Made by a program: the position numbers and the translations under genes
In this document: positions 9,243 through 17,843 of the stretch, one piece after another
Position numbering within the stretch: the stretch's first letter is position 1
How the letters are laid out: every line of letters begins with the position of its first letter
Notes under the pieces: model-generated
What the model was told of the DNA's origin: nothing
The model's database searches: none
The model's input: the letters and a program-made list of their open reading frames with translations, nothing else
NCBI GenBank assembly: GCA_024276425.1
Contig: JAJRXF010000013.1
Coordinates: 16,364 to 80,363 of the forward strand
Length of the DNA stretch: 64,000 bases
Origin: Actinomycetes bacterium
GTDB lineage: Bacteria; Actinomycetota; Acidimicrobiia; Acidimicrobiales; SZUA-35
Reading direction: 5' to 3'

Positions 9243-10462
9243 GCAACGAGATGACAGAGGCCTTGGTTGGCTTGGCTGAAAGCCGAGAGATTCCCATCGA
9301 GAAGCTGTACAGCATCCTGGCTAATGCTCTGGAGTCGGCCTACAAGCGCATGCCGGATTCCTACGAATACGCCTGGGTTACCATCGATCCCGCCACCTTT
9401 GACATTCGTGTCTTTGCCCAGGAACTGGATGAAGATGGTGAGGCGTTCGGCCCCGAGTACGATGTCACTCCCGAAAATTTCGGACGAATTGCGGCTCAGA
9501 CAACCAAACAAGTTCTGATGCAAGGAATTCGTGAAGAAGAGCGGGAGATGAAGTACGAGCACTACGCGGGCAAGGAGGGCGAGATTGTCACCGGCATTGT
9601 GCAACAAACCGATTCTCGGTACACCCTGATCGACCTCGGTCGGGTTGAGGCCCTGCTTCCCCAAGCCGAGCAGGTGTCTGCTGGTCCCCGCCCCGAGTCT
9701 GGAGCAAGGCTTAAGGCCTACATTGTCGAAGTCCGTAAAACTGTCAAGGGTCCACAAATTGTGGTCAGTCGGACCCACCCCGGACTGGTTAAGCGCCTTT
9801 TCGAGCTTGAGGTTCCCGAAATTGCTGACGGCATCGTGGAACTCAAAGCCTGCGCCCGCGAGCCTGGACATCGGACCAAGATCGCCGTTTACTCACACGA
9901 TCAGAACGTAGACCCAGTCGGTGCCTGTGTTGGGGCCCGTGGATCCCGGGTTCGCATGGTTGTCAACGAATTGAACGGTGAAAAGGTCGACATCATTCCC
10001 TTCAATGAGGACCCCTATGAGTTCGTGGCCAAGGCGCTGAGCCCAGCCAAGGTGAAGGAAGTTCGGATCGATGAGACCACGGGAACGGCGACGGTCATTG
10101 TCCCTGACTTCCAACTCTCCCTGGCTATTGGCAAGGAGGGGCAGAATGCACGGCTTGCCCATCGCCTCACTGGCTGGCGGATCGACATCAAGAGTGAGAC
10201 TCAGTTGGCCGAAGAGGCTTTGGCTGCGGAGGACTATGCTAATACCGAAGAATGGGCCGATGGCGAGTGGATCGTCGATGAAACAACCGGTGAGCAAAAG
10301 TGGCAACCCGCCGACGGCAGCGCGGCAATGACTCTAGAAGAGTGGAATGCCGGTGGACGCGATGGCGACGAAACTGCTGAGGAAGTCGAGCCGGTTGAGG
10401 CTTCGGATTTGGTTGCTTCGGAGGAAGCTGAGCCGACAGAAGACGAGCCACAGACTGAGTAG
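9239..10462 (+). CDS. nusA: Transcription termination/antitermination factor NusA
   Basis: N-terminal domain, an S1 region ('[21 protein letters not shown]') and KH domains ('[25 protein letters not shown]'). Acidic C-terminal tail. Confidence 0.95.
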   Translation: MSNEMTEALVGLAESREIPIEKLYSILANALESAYKRMPDSYEYAWVTIDPATFDIRVFAQELDEDGEAFGPEYDVTPENFGRIAAQTTKQVLMQGIREEEREMKYEHYAGKEGEIVTGIVQQTDSRYTLIDLGRVEALLPQAEQVSAGPRPESGARLKAYIVEVRKTVKGPQIVVSRTHPGLVKRLFELEVPEIADGIVELKACAREPGHRTKIAVYSHDQNVDPVGACVGARGSRVRMVVNELNGEKVDIIPFNEDPYEFVAKALSPAKVKEVRIDETTGTATVIVPDFQLSLAIGKEGQNARLAHRLTGWRIDIKSETQLAEEALAAEDYANTEEWADGEWIVDETTGEQKWQPADGSAAMTLEEWNAGGRDGDETAEEVEPVEASDLVASEEAEPTEDEPQTE

Positions 10463-10751
10463 TCCAATCCGATCCTGCGTCGGTTGTCGGGAGCGGCGAC
10501 CCCAACATTGGTTGGTTCGTTTTGTTCAAGATCGACAAGGGCATCTCATGCCCGGCCGCCAGCTTCCCGGGAGAGGAGCCTGGCTCTGTGCCGATCGCCT
10601 GGACTCCTGTTTGGAGCTGGCACGAAATAGTGGCGGATTTTGCCGCTCGTTGAGAACGGATTTCGTCAATTTGCGAACCGACAGCGATTGGGTAAATCTT
10701 CGGTACCGGATTGACGCGAACCAAAGTGTTTCGGCAGGCCCAGTGCGGTAG
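10413..10751 (+). CDS. ylxR: YlxR/DUF448 family RNA-binding protein (start uncertain; no in-frame ATG/GTG/TTG after the nusA stop, so it must overlap the nusA 3' end)
   Basis: 'SCVGCRERRPQHWLVRFV' and 'GRGAWLCADRLDSCLELARNSGGFCRSLR' match the YlxR pattern. The nusA-ylxR-infB position is conserved. The only upstream in-frame candidates are TTG 10413 and ATG 10362. Confidence 0.7.
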   Translation: MLRRKLSRQKTSHRLSSPIRSCVGCRERRPQHWLVRFVQDRQGHLMPGRQLPGRGAWLCADRLDSCLELARNSGGFCRSLRTDFVNLRTDSDWVNLRYRIDANQSVSAGPVR

Positions 10752-10833
10752 GCTCAACAGTCGCTTCGTGCGGGCAATGTTCTGCCCGCGTTTCCGAAGT
10801 CGTTTCGCCTATCCGCGAGGATGAGAAGTACTA

Positions 10834-13596
10834 GTGGCAACTAAAGTCCGGGTTTATGAGCTTGCGCGAGAGTTGGGGTTGGAGAACGCCGACATTATCG
10901 AGCTGTGCAATGCCTTAGGCATTGGGGTGAAAAGTCACTCCTCAAGTATCGTTGAGCCGCAGGCTGACCGGTTGCGCCGTAAGGCCAAGCGGGAGGGACT
11001 AGCCAAGGAGCCAGTGGCCGAGGCCGAAGCGGTGCCAGCCAAACCTGTGTCTAAGCGGCCGCCGCTGTCCAGCCGAAAGCCGCTGTCCAGTCGAACCCCA
11101 GTGTCATCGAAACCTTCCGTGCCGCCTAAGTCGGTGCCCGAACCGGCCGAGCCCAAGCAAGAGGTTCAACCAGAACCCAAGGTCCCCGCTCCTCCGACGG
11201 ACAAGTCTGCAACAGTGGTTTCGTCTAAACCCGCCGTTCCGATTCCTCCTCCGCCGACGACTCCCAAGCCGGTGGCCGCGCCGGAGACTCCCAAGCCGGT
11301 GGTCAAGCCTGAGGCTCCAGCTCCGGTGGCCGAGACCCCTTCACCCGAGAGCCTTGAGGCTCCATTGGTTGATGCCGCCCCAAGCGAAGCCGAGTTGGCG
11401 TCTCGTTCGGAATCGGCACCATCTCCCCAACCCAAAGAACCCACTCCCGATTCCCCCAAACTGTCCGATTCCTCCAAACTGGTGGAAACGTCCACCGTTG
11501 ATGAGTCCTCACCAGCGGATGACTCGTCCGCCACCCGCGAGCAGGAGTCGACCAAGTCAGTTGATGCTGCTGAGAGCGCTAAGGCGGACAGCACCAAGGC
11601 TGCAACTGCCTCATCCGAGCACCCCAAGCCGCCGCGGGGAATGTCAGGTAAGGCAATTCCTCCTCCGCCCGGGCCTCCGGTCGGACGGAACGGTAAGCCA
11701 ATTCCTCCTCCTCCTGGTGGCGGCAAGTCTGCGCCCGCTCCAGGACGGTCCACGGGCCGTCCCGGCGGAGGCCCCAACCGAGGCAACTTTCGTCCCGGTG
11801 GCGGCCCAACCACGGGCCCTCGTCCTGGTAGCGCCCCCAGTGGTGGTCGTCCCGGTGGCGCCCCTCCCGGGCGCGGTGGCCCTCCCGGCCGCGGTAATGG
11901 GCGCGGTGGCCCCAACCGACCTCGACCCCGTCGTAAGACGCGTCGACGCCGTAATCGCGAAGAACTCACGCCAATGGACGTGCCAACCTACACCGCGGAA
12001 GGCGCAGCCATTCCCGAGGGAACCGTTGTCATCGAGCGGGCTTCAACGGCGCAAGATCTAGCTGAAAAGCTCAATCGTACGGCTGCCGACGTTGTTCGAT
12101 TCTTGTTGACGAACGGCGAAATGGTTACGGCAACCCAATCGCTCAGCGATGAGCTCATCAACATGTTCGCCGAAGAACTTGGAGCTGAGATCCGCCTGGT
12201 GAACCCGGGTGAGGAACAAGAGGTCGAACTCCGCAAGGTCCTTGAGTTCGAGGATGAGGAAGACGAGGAGCTCATGGCCACCTGGCCTCACCGCTCACCC
12301 GTCATCACCATCATGGGGCACGTCGATCATGGCAAGACCTTGTTACTTGACCGCATTCGTTCCACCAATGTGGTTGAGGGCGAGGCCGGAGGCATCACCC
12401 AACACATTGGGGCCTACCAGGTCAACAAGAATGGGGCCACGCTCACCTTTATCGACACTCCAGGTCACGCCGCCTTCACCGCCATGCGTGCTCGAGGCGC
12501 CGAGGCAACCGACATTGTCGTTCTGGTGGTTGCGGCCGACGATGGTGTCATGCCGCAGACCGTTGAGGCTCTGGACCATGCCAAGGCTGCCGAGGTGCCG
12601 ATCATCGTCGCGGTCAACAAGATGGACCGTGAGGGTGCCGACCCTGACAAAGTCATGTCCCAGTTGGCCGAGCGAGAACTCGTGCCCGAGCAATGGGGCG
12701 GTGACACCATGTTTGTCGAACTCTCGGCCATGACTGGAGATGGAATCGACGACCTCCTGGAGAATTTGGCTCTGATCGCCGAAGTTGAGGACCTGAGGGC
12801 AACGGCTGAGGGGCGCGCCGCTGGTGCGGTTCTTGAGGCTCATCTCGACACTGGCCGCGGGCCCGTGGCCACGGTGCTGGTTGAGCGAGGCACCCTTCAT
12901 GTTGGCGATCCACTAGTCACCGGCGCCGCTTGGGGTCGGGTACGGGCCCTGATCAACGACAAGGGTGAGAACGTCAAGTCAGCCGGTCCATCAACCCCCG
13001 TTCAAGTCTTAGGCCTCAATGACGTCGCGGTAGCGGGCGATGGGTTTGTGGTTGCCCCGTCGGAGAAGTTGGCCAACAAGGTGGCAGAGACACGAGAGCA
13101 TTGGCGACGCCTGTCTAGCCTGGGTCGTGACGCTTCGGCCACCAGCGGTGGGGCGAGGCTCGAAGACATCTTCCAGCAGATTCAGGCCGGTGAGTCAGCC
13201 ACCCTCAATCTGATTGTGAAGGCCGACGTCAACGGCTCGCTAGAGGCCGTCACCGACTCGTTGCGAAAGCTGGAGCGGGATGAGGTCAAGCTCGCCTTCC
13301 AACTTCGTGGTGTTGGTGGAATAACCGAAAACGACGTTCAGTTGGCTGCCGCATCAAATGCGACCATCCTTGGATTCAACGTTCGGCCCGACCGCAAGGC
13401 CCGCAAGTTGGCCGAGACGGAGAATGTCGAGATCCGCAACTATGAGATTATTTACAAGCTCTTGGAGGACATCGAGAACGCCATGCTTGGTCTCCTGGCC
13501 CCTGAGTTCGAGGAGATCATTACCGGCGAGGCTGAAGTCCGCGAAATCTTCCGAGTACCCAAGCTCGGATCCATCGCAGGCTGCATGGTGCGCTAA
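10834..13596 (+). CDS. infB: Translation initiation factor IF-2, open frame ending at an in-frame TAA that removes the last ~69 conserved codons
   Basis: '[15 protein letters not shown]' N-terminus, a long Pro/Gly/Arg-rich linker, and G-domain motifs '[12 protein letters not shown]', 'DTPGH' and 'NKMD'. The frame stops at 'GSIAGCMVR*', inside the conserved C2 domain. Confidence 0.9.
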   Translation: MATKVRVYELARELGLENADIIELCNALGIGVKSHSSSIVEPQADRLRRKAKREGLAKEPVAEAEAVPAKPVSKRPPLSSRKPLSSRTPVSSKPSVPPKSVPEPAEPKQEVQPEPKVPAPPTDKSATVVSSKPAVPIPPPPTTPKPVAAPETPKPVVKPEAPAPVAETPSPESLEAPLVDAAPSEAELASRSESAPSPQPKEPTPDSPKLSDSSKLVETSTVDESSPADDSSATREQESTKSVDAAESAKADSTKAATASSEHPKPPRGMSGKAIPPPPGPPVGRNGKPIPPPPGGGKSAPAPGRSTGRPGGGPNRGNFRPGGGPTTGPRPGSAPSGGRPGGAPPGRGGPPGRGNGRGGPNRPRPRRKTRRRRNREELTPMDVPTYTAEGAAIPEGTVVIERASTAQDLAEKLNRTAADVVRFLLTNGEMVTATQSLSDELINMFAEELGAEIRLVNPGEEQEVELRKVLEFEDEEDEELMATWPHRSPVITIMGHVDHGKTLLLDRIRSTNVVEGEAGGITQHIGAYQVNKNGATLTFIDTPGHAAFTAMRARGAEATDIVVLVVAADDGVMPQTVEALDHAKAAEVPIIVAVNKMDREGADPDKVMSQLAERELVPEQWGGDTMFVELSAMTGDGIDDLLENLALIAEVEDLRATAEGRAAGAVLEAHLDTGRGPVATVLVERGTLHVGDPLVTGAAWGRVRALINDKGENVKSAGPSTPVQVLGLNDVAVAGDGFVVAPSEKLANKVAETREHWRRLSSLGRDASATSGGARLEDIFQQIQAGESATLNLIVKADVNGSLEAVTDSLRKLERDEVKLAFQLRGVGGITENDVQLAAASNATILGFNVRPDRKARKLAETENVEIRNYEIIYKLLEDIENAMLGLLAPEFEEIITGEAEVREIFRVPKLGSIAGCMVR

Positions 13597-13806
13597 GGCA
13601 AGATCACTCGCGGATCCAAAGTTCGCTTCCTTCGAGAAGGAACGATCATTTGGAAGGGTTCGATCCAGTCGCTTCGGAGGTTCAAAGATGATGTGCAAGA
13701 GGTTGCCTCCGGGTTTGAGTGCGGCATTGGTCTCACCGACTTCCAAGATCTCAAGGAAGGCGACATAATTGAAACCTATGAGGATCGGGAGATTCCTCGA
13801 ATCTGA
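13597..13806 (+). other. infB: In-frame continuation of infB after the internal TAA (rest of the IF-2 C2 domain plus the natural TGA stop)
   Basis: My translation in the same frame gives '[69 protein letters not shown]'. This is the canonical IF-2 C-terminus (compare E. coli '...[36 protein letters not shown]'). Confidence 0.88.
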
Positions 13807-13880
13807 TAGATCACATCGACGACGCTTGATCGGGTGGCAAAACGGGCTGGTCTCTCCGTCTAACCCACCAGTGAATTCAC

Positions 13881-14168
13881 ATGCATGTACTGAATCTGCG
13901 AGCTGAGCTTCGGCTGCGACATGCTCATTCTTTGAAGGCAAAACGATCGATAATCCTGTCTGCTATCAGGACGCTTGATTGCTGGAAGGGTGTTGCGGCG
14001 TCGGAGGTTGGTCATCTTGATGTTTGGCAACGAAGCACGATTGGCGTCTGTGTGGTGAGCGGTAGTGTTCGTCACTGTGAACAAGTCATGGAGTCCGTCG
14101 AGCGATTCTTGTGGTCCTTGGCCGATGCTGAAGTCTTGGAACTCGAACAAAGCTGGTTGGAGGGTTGA
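13881..14168 (+). CDS. DUF503 (YlxP-like) protein
   Basis: 95 aa, with 'LRLRHAHSLKAKRSIILSAIRTL' and 'EVGHLDVWQRSTIGVCVVSGS' typical of DUF503. The slot between infB and rbfA is conserved. Confidence 0.8.
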   Translation: MHVLNLRAELRLRHAHSLKAKRSIILSAIRTLDCWKGVAASEVGHLDVWQRSTIGVCVVSGSVRHCEQVMESVERFLWSLADAEVLELEQSWLEG

Positions 14169-14170
14169 AA

Positions 14171-14641
14171 ATGGGAAAACGAAGTTCAGGACGGAATCGT
14201 CGACCAAAGCAGACAACGTCGCGTCACTATCCCAGAACAGCTCGTCTGAACGCATTGCTTGGCGAGATCGTGGCCGACTACTTCGAGCGTGTCGAGGAAG
14301 ATGAGCTTGGTTTCATGACCATTACTGGGGTTGAGGTGGACAGCGACCTCAACGTGGCGGACGTTTTCATTTCCATTCTTGGAGACAATGGTGAGCGCGA
14401 CGAGGATGTGTTGGCAACCCTTGAGGGACACCGTAAGGGGGTGAAGCGAGTCATTGCCTCCCAAGCCAAGCTTCGCAAGACTCCTGAAGTCGTGTTTGCC
14501 TTTGACCCGGCGGTACGGGCCGGTGCACGAATCGATGCCATCTTGGCCCAAATTCCCCAGCCTCAGACCTTTGAGCACTCCGACGAGGACGAGGACGAAC
14601 GGGGCCCGCGGAGTGGGACGGCTGGCTCACTCGATGGGTAG
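14171..14641 (+). CDS. rbfA: Ribosome-binding factor A (ATG 14171 preferred over TTG 14165)
   Basis: 'RTARLNALLGEIVADYFE', 'MTITGVEVDSDLNVADVFIS' and 'LRKTPEVVFAFD'. ggaggg lies 7 nt upstream of ATG 14171. Confidence 0.9.
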   Translation: MGKRSSGRNRRPKQTTSRHYPRTARLNALLGEIVADYFERVEEDELGFMTITGVEVDSDLNVADVFISILGDNGERDEDVLATLEGHRKGVKRVIASQAKLRKTPEVVFAFDPAVRAGARIDAILAQIPQPQTFEHSDEDEDERGPRSGTAGSLDG

Positions 14642-15506
14642 GAAAAGGCACAGAGGTGGCCACGTCGGCCCCAGTGGATTCCTCATCGTCGACGAGCCAG
14701 CGGGAATGACGAGCCACGATGTGGTCGACCGGGTACGGAAGTCGTTGAAGACTCCTAAGGTCGGTCACGCCGGGACCCTTGACCCTGATGCCACCGGAGT
14801 TCTGGTGCTCGGTATTGGTCGGGCAACGAAGCTTCTACAGTTCATTTCAGGCGCAGACAAGTCTTACGCTGGTGAGGTCGTCTTCGGAGTCGAGACTTCC
14901 ACTCTTGATGCCGCCGGCGAGGTGACGGCCGAATACGAGATGGAGGTTGCGCCGGAAGAAGTAGCGGCCGCGGCTGTGACCCTCACCGGTGACATCCGGC
15001 AGGTGCCACCAATGGTCTCGGCCATTAAGATCGACGGGAAGCGACTCTATGAGCTGGCCCGCGAGGGTGTTGAGGTTGAGCGCGAGGCTCGCCCAGTGAC
15101 CGTTCATTCCTTTTCGACCAATCCCACCGACGACCCACTGGTCTACCAAATTCAAGTATCGGTCAGCTCCGGTACCTATGTGCGGACCTTGGCCGCCGAC
15201 CTCGGGACGGCGCTTGGAGGGGGAGCTCACCTTCGCGCGCTTCGCCGCCTATCGGTTGGTAAGTTCGAGATTGGTGAAGCATGCACGATCGACGATCTTC
15301 AACTCCTACCGATTGACCAAATGTTGCGGCACTTGCCGAGTATCGAGGTCGATAAGACCGTGGCAGGTCAGGTTCGGAATGGCCGCTCCCTCGGCCCATC
15401 CAAGGGTTCGGGGCATTTCGCTATCCGTGGGCCCGATAGGCGGCTTCTTGCCGTCTATGAGGTCCGCGACGGAGAACTGAAGCCAGTAAGGGTCTTGGCG
15501 GCGTAA
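14634..15506 (+). CDS. truB: tRNA pseudouridine(55) synthase
   Basis: 'GFLIVDEPAGMTSHDVVDRVRK' and the catalytic-Asp motif 'GHAGTLDPDATGVL'. ATG 14634 overlaps the rbfA stop. The upstream part of ORF 14454.. lies inside rbfA in another frame and is not part of truB. Confidence 0.92.
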   Translation: MGRKRHRGGHVGPSGFLIVDEPAGMTSHDVVDRVRKSLKTPKVGHAGTLDPDATGVLVLGIGRATKLLQFISGADKSYAGEVVFGVETSTLDAAGEVTAEYEMEVAPEEVAAAAVTLTGDIRQVPPMVSAIKIDGKRLYELAREGVEVEREARPVTVHSFSTNPTDDPLVYQIQVSVSSGTYVRTLAADLGTALGGGAHLRALRRLSVGKFEIGEACTIDDLQLLPIDQMLRHLPSIEVDKTVAGQVRNGRSLGPSKGSGHFAIRGPDRRLLAVYEVRDGELKPVRVLAA

Positions 15507-15525
15507 TCCGGTAGCGTCCCTTCCT

Positions 15526-16494
15526 GTGGACGTGATACGAGACCTCGCACAGCATCCGGTATCGGGAACTCCTCATGCGGTAGCCATTGGCGTGTTTGAC
15601 GGTGTTCATCGAGGACACGACGAGGTCATTAGGGCTACTCATGCGCTGGCGAACACAATCGGGGCTAAGACGGCTGTTGTAACTTTTGATCCCCATCCGG
15701 CATCCCTGGTCAGGCCGGAAACAGCGCCGCGCCTTCTTACCGATCTTGATCAGAAGCTGGAGTTGCTGGACGCTCATGGTGTCGACACGGTCGTTGTTGT
15801 TTCCTTCGACACGGCCCAAGCCTCTGAACGGGCCGAAGATTTTGTCATTCGAGTTCTGGTTGAGGGGTTGCAGACCAGGGGCGTCGTTGTAGGCAACGAC
15901 TTCCATTTTGGCAAGGGCCGTGGTGGAAACGTAGAGCTTCTTGCGTCCCTCGGTGCGCTACATGGGTTTGAGGTCCACGGGCTTGGTCTGATTTCGCGCA
16001 CCGACGGGAAGGATGAGCCGGTTTCCTCTACCGCTATTCGAAGGGCCCTGGCCGGGGGCGAGGTGGCTACCGCAGCCAGGTTGCTCGGACGCCCCCATGA
16101 GATTCGAGGCCTGGTGGTCGAGGGCGACAAACGTGGGCGTGCTATTGGTTTCCCAACCGCCAACATCGCTGTTCCTCGACAAATGGCCATGCCAGCGGAT
16201 GCTGTCTACGCAGCCTTTTACTTTCGCCCAGATGGCTCACGACATCGGGCGGCGGTCAATATCGGGAAACGGCCGACGTTTTACCAGGACGCCGAGCACT
16301 CTCTATTGGAGGCCCACCTCATTGGTTTCACGGGCGATCTCTACGGCGAGAAAGCGCGCGTTCAATTCGTGAGCTTGCTTCGGTCCGAGCAACGTTTCGA
16401 CGGAATCGACTCGCTGAAGGCCCAATTGGCGATTGATGTCGGTCGTGCGAGCGAAGCGCTCGAAAGGGCCGATCGGCAGGCTGAGCAAGACTAG
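15526..16494 (+). CDS. ribF: Bifunctional riboflavin kinase / FAD synthetase
   Basis: 'AIGVFDGVHRGH' (FAD synthetase part) and 'GRAIGFPTANI', 'HLIGFTGDLYGE' (riboflavin kinase part). Confidence 0.94.
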   Translation: MDVIRDLAQHPVSGTPHAVAIGVFDGVHRGHDEVIRATHALANTIGAKTAVVTFDPHPASLVRPETAPRLLTDLDQKLELLDAHGVDTVVVVSFDTAQASERAEDFVIRVLVEGLQTRGVVVGNDFHFGKGRGGNVELLASLGALHGFEVHGLGLISRTDGKDEPVSSTAIRRALAGGEVATAARLLGRPHEIRGLVVEGDKRGRAIGFPTANIAVPRQMAMPADAVYAAFYFRPDGSRHRAAVNIGKRPTFYQDAEHSLLEAHLIGFTGDLYGEKARVQFVSLLRSEQRFDGIDSLKAQLAIDVGRASEALERADRQAEQD

Positions 16495-16524
16495 GGGCAA
16501 ACCGGGTCGGGCCAGTCCTTCAAA

Positions 16525-17001
16525 CTAGGCGGCCGTATAGCTCAGACCGGGGCTGGGCTTGAGGTCGGTAACCCAGCCTTCGAGTTGGCGTAGCACCAGA
16601 TGGCCTACGTCGATGCTGTGACCTCCGGGGCCCAACCCGAAGGTGGTCCACGATTTGGCTTCGCCAGGAATTCCGATGACAGCGATGGCGTAGTGCTCGC
16701 CATCATTGGTTTGGGTTAGGGCGATCGAAATGGCGTCGGGGGTACCGCTACTCTCGTCGACGGCGAGCTCGAGCGCGGCCCGGACGGCCTCTGCTGGGGT
16801 GCTAACCCCGACCAGAAAGGGTCGGGTTACTACACTGCATAGTTCGGTCCCGGTGGCGCTAATTGCGAGTCGAAATGGTGGGATCTGTAGTGCCTCGACC
16901 AAGGTGCTTCCCCTGGGTAAACGGGCCATCGTGTGAGACAGGGCGAGCCCCAATTCGAACCATTCGTCGTCATCAATGAGATCAAACACGATCGCCTCCA
17001 A
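16525..17001 (-). CDS. Hypothetical acidic protein, 158 aa, no family recognised
   Basis: It is the only sizeable ORF in the ribF-rpsO gap. It has no TM segment or signal peptide, and I recognise no motif. Confidence 0.5.
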   Translation of the reverse strand: MEAIVFDLIDDDEWFELGLALSHTMARLPRGSTLVEALQIPPFRLAISATGTELCSVVTRPFLVGVSTPAEAVRAALELAVDESSGTPDAISIALTQTNDGEHYAIAVIGIPGEAKSWTTFGLGPGGHSIDVGHLVLRQLEGWVTDLKPSPGLSYTAA

Positions 17002-17187
17002 CCATCTATGATACGAAGAGTGGCTCTTCGGCGCCCAAGAGTGGTGGATGGCGGCGGTATTTGCCGTATGAACCCTGCCTGCTCTCGCTAGAATGACGGG
17101 CCGCTACCCCCTGCGTCTGACGCTGTTGGTGGCTGGGCCCCAGGTCCCACATCAGTCCAATCCCGCGATTTCGAGAGTGATACCGCC

Positions 17188-17466
17188 ATGAGTAAGCCCG
17201 CAGCCAACCTTCCTCCAAAAGATGAAACGATCAAGAGGTTCGCGAAAAGCGAGAACGACACCGGCTCCACCGAGGTCCAGATTGCCCTGCTTACTGATCG
17301 GATCAATCATCTGACCACCCATCTCAAGGTGCACAAGAAGGACCACCACAGCCGCCGTGGTCTCTTGATGCTTGTCGGGCGCCGCCGTCGCTTTCTGGAC
17401 TACCTGAAGGATATTGACGTCGAGCGCTATCGTAGCGTTATCGGCGAACTGGGTCTTCGTCGCTAG
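17188..17466 (+). CDS. rpsO: 30S ribosomal protein S15
   Basis: '[49 protein letters not shown]'. Confidence 0.96.
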   Translation: MSKPAANLPPKDETIKRFAKSENDTGSTEVQIALLTDRINHLTTHLKVHKKDHHSRRGLLMLVGRRRRFLDYLKDIDVERYRSVIGELGLRR

Positions 17467-17843
17467 CCTGTTTGAACCCCGGGCCTCCTCACGTGCTCGG
17501 CCGGTTTCAACTGCCGCCACTGCCTGTCTCTAATACCGAGAATTTGACGCGTCCGCGTTGTTCGGCTCGCGTGGTTGTACGCTTCTGGGTACGTGCGACA
17601 CGTTTGCACGCCTCGCGGTAGTTCAGCTACCAGTTTCCGACTCCTCACCGCACCTACATTGCATCGCTCGTGCCCGGCTCTCACCAGGTACTTGCGAACC
17701 ACGAGCAACAGTATGTGTCCGAGCTCACGTCGGCTTGGGTAAACCCCAGCCGTCGGCGCGTGTGAGTGGCCGCAATCTGGGATCTGATCTGCCACCCGCC
17801 ACGCGAAGGTCGCTGTGGCAGACAATACCCAAGGAGAGCCTCC
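17467..17843 (+). promoter_or_regulatory. Long structured rpsO-pnp spacer / pnp 5' leader
   Basis: 377 nt with no credible CDS. It holds several hairpins, including ctgccac...gtggcag (17789-17821) just upstream of the RBS aaggagag (17831-17838) and ATG 17844. Confidence 0.45.

Noticed and set aside
10770-10789. A 7-bp hairpin (gcgggca/tgcccgc) between ylxR and infB, considered as an attenuator.
   Set aside because: The stem is short, has no U-tract, and I cannot assess its conservation. It is not distinguishable from chance.
14454-14633. 5' extensions of the truB ORF (14454..14633) and the pnp ORF (17766..17843) in the six-frame track.
   Set aside because: The truB extension lies inside rbfA in another frame. 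The pnp extension lacks an RBS, whereas ATG 17844 has aaggagag upstream and gives a normal PNPase N-terminus.
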